This document shows positions 63,620 through 64,000 of a DNA stretch of 64,000 nucleotides, piece by piece; positions within the stretch are counted from its first letter, which is position 1, and every line of letters starts with the position of its first letter. Position numbers and translations under genes: made by a program. Source of the DNA: Lingula anatina. Its lineage: Eukaryota; Animalia; Brachiopoda. The DNA is taken from the NCBI GenBank assembly GCA_051362555.1, contig CM120640.1, forward strand, positions 69,418,788-69,482,787, read 5' to 3'. The notes beneath the pieces are model-generated. The model did no database searches, was not told the DNA's origin, and saw nothing but the letters and a program-made list of their open reading frames with translations.

Positions 63620-64000
63620 CTGGAATGAAGAGATGGGATGATGTCAGCAAACTGGGGCATAATCAACACTCAAATCGATTTTGATTATCTGCACATATTT
63701 ATTTATTTATTTAACTAATTAATTTATTCATTCAACTTAATAATTTGAGGGTAAAATCAAGATGAACATGAAATTTATCTTCCCCATGGCCCTCAATGTT
63801 ATTGAAAAAAAAATCTTAAATTCCCCTTTAGACAGACAATATCAAGTCAATTGGTCATTTTCACCATGCCTGTTCTTTCCAAGTCACAAAATCCAAATGA
63901 CCTTGTTTTTGACCCAACATCAAATTTTGTAATCCTCAACCCAAAGCCCTACTACTCACCCTATATTAACATGCCTATCATCCTCCACCCACTGTGTGAT

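Noticed and set aside
63620-63688. N-terminal part of ORF 63286-63669 (MLIMPQFADIIPSLHS) as coding
   Set aside because: It lies upstream of a good acceptor (ttcattccag) at 63620, and SARA similarity starts at VKSPID, so it is probably intronic.

Overview
AT-rich, intron-containing eukaryotic (invertebrate animal, plausibly lophotrochozoan/mollusc; inference) genomic DNA. It holds seven complete spliced genes reconstructed by hand from GT-AG exons: PPM1D (+), GPN3 (-), ARPC3 (+), BUD23 (-), DNAJC30-like (+), a long SKA2 (-) and PRR11 (+). The 3' end of ZFYVE9/16 (SARA, -) and a probable first coding exon of an unidentified gene divergent from PPM1D are also present. The genes sit mainly as head-to-head pairs, and three pairs (SKA2-PRR11, BUD23-DNAJC30, GPN3-ARPC3) are also neighbours in human. 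Between PPM1D and GPN3 lies an ~11-kb block of fragments from unrelated transposons (LINE, ISL2EU-type YqaJ, Crypton, DIRS gag, Gypsy, Helentron). All of these fragments are on the minus strand and the block is bracketed by a ~500-bp direct duplication, an arrangement reminiscent of a uni-strand piRNA cluster. Four copies of a non-autonomous Helentron (HINE) carry 146-bp tandem arrays dense in nuclear-receptor half-sites. Other oddities are tandem repeats that multiply splice donors, compensating frameshifts in BUD23, several MITEs and a degenerate hammerhead ribozyme. All calls come from reading the sequence; no database searches were run.
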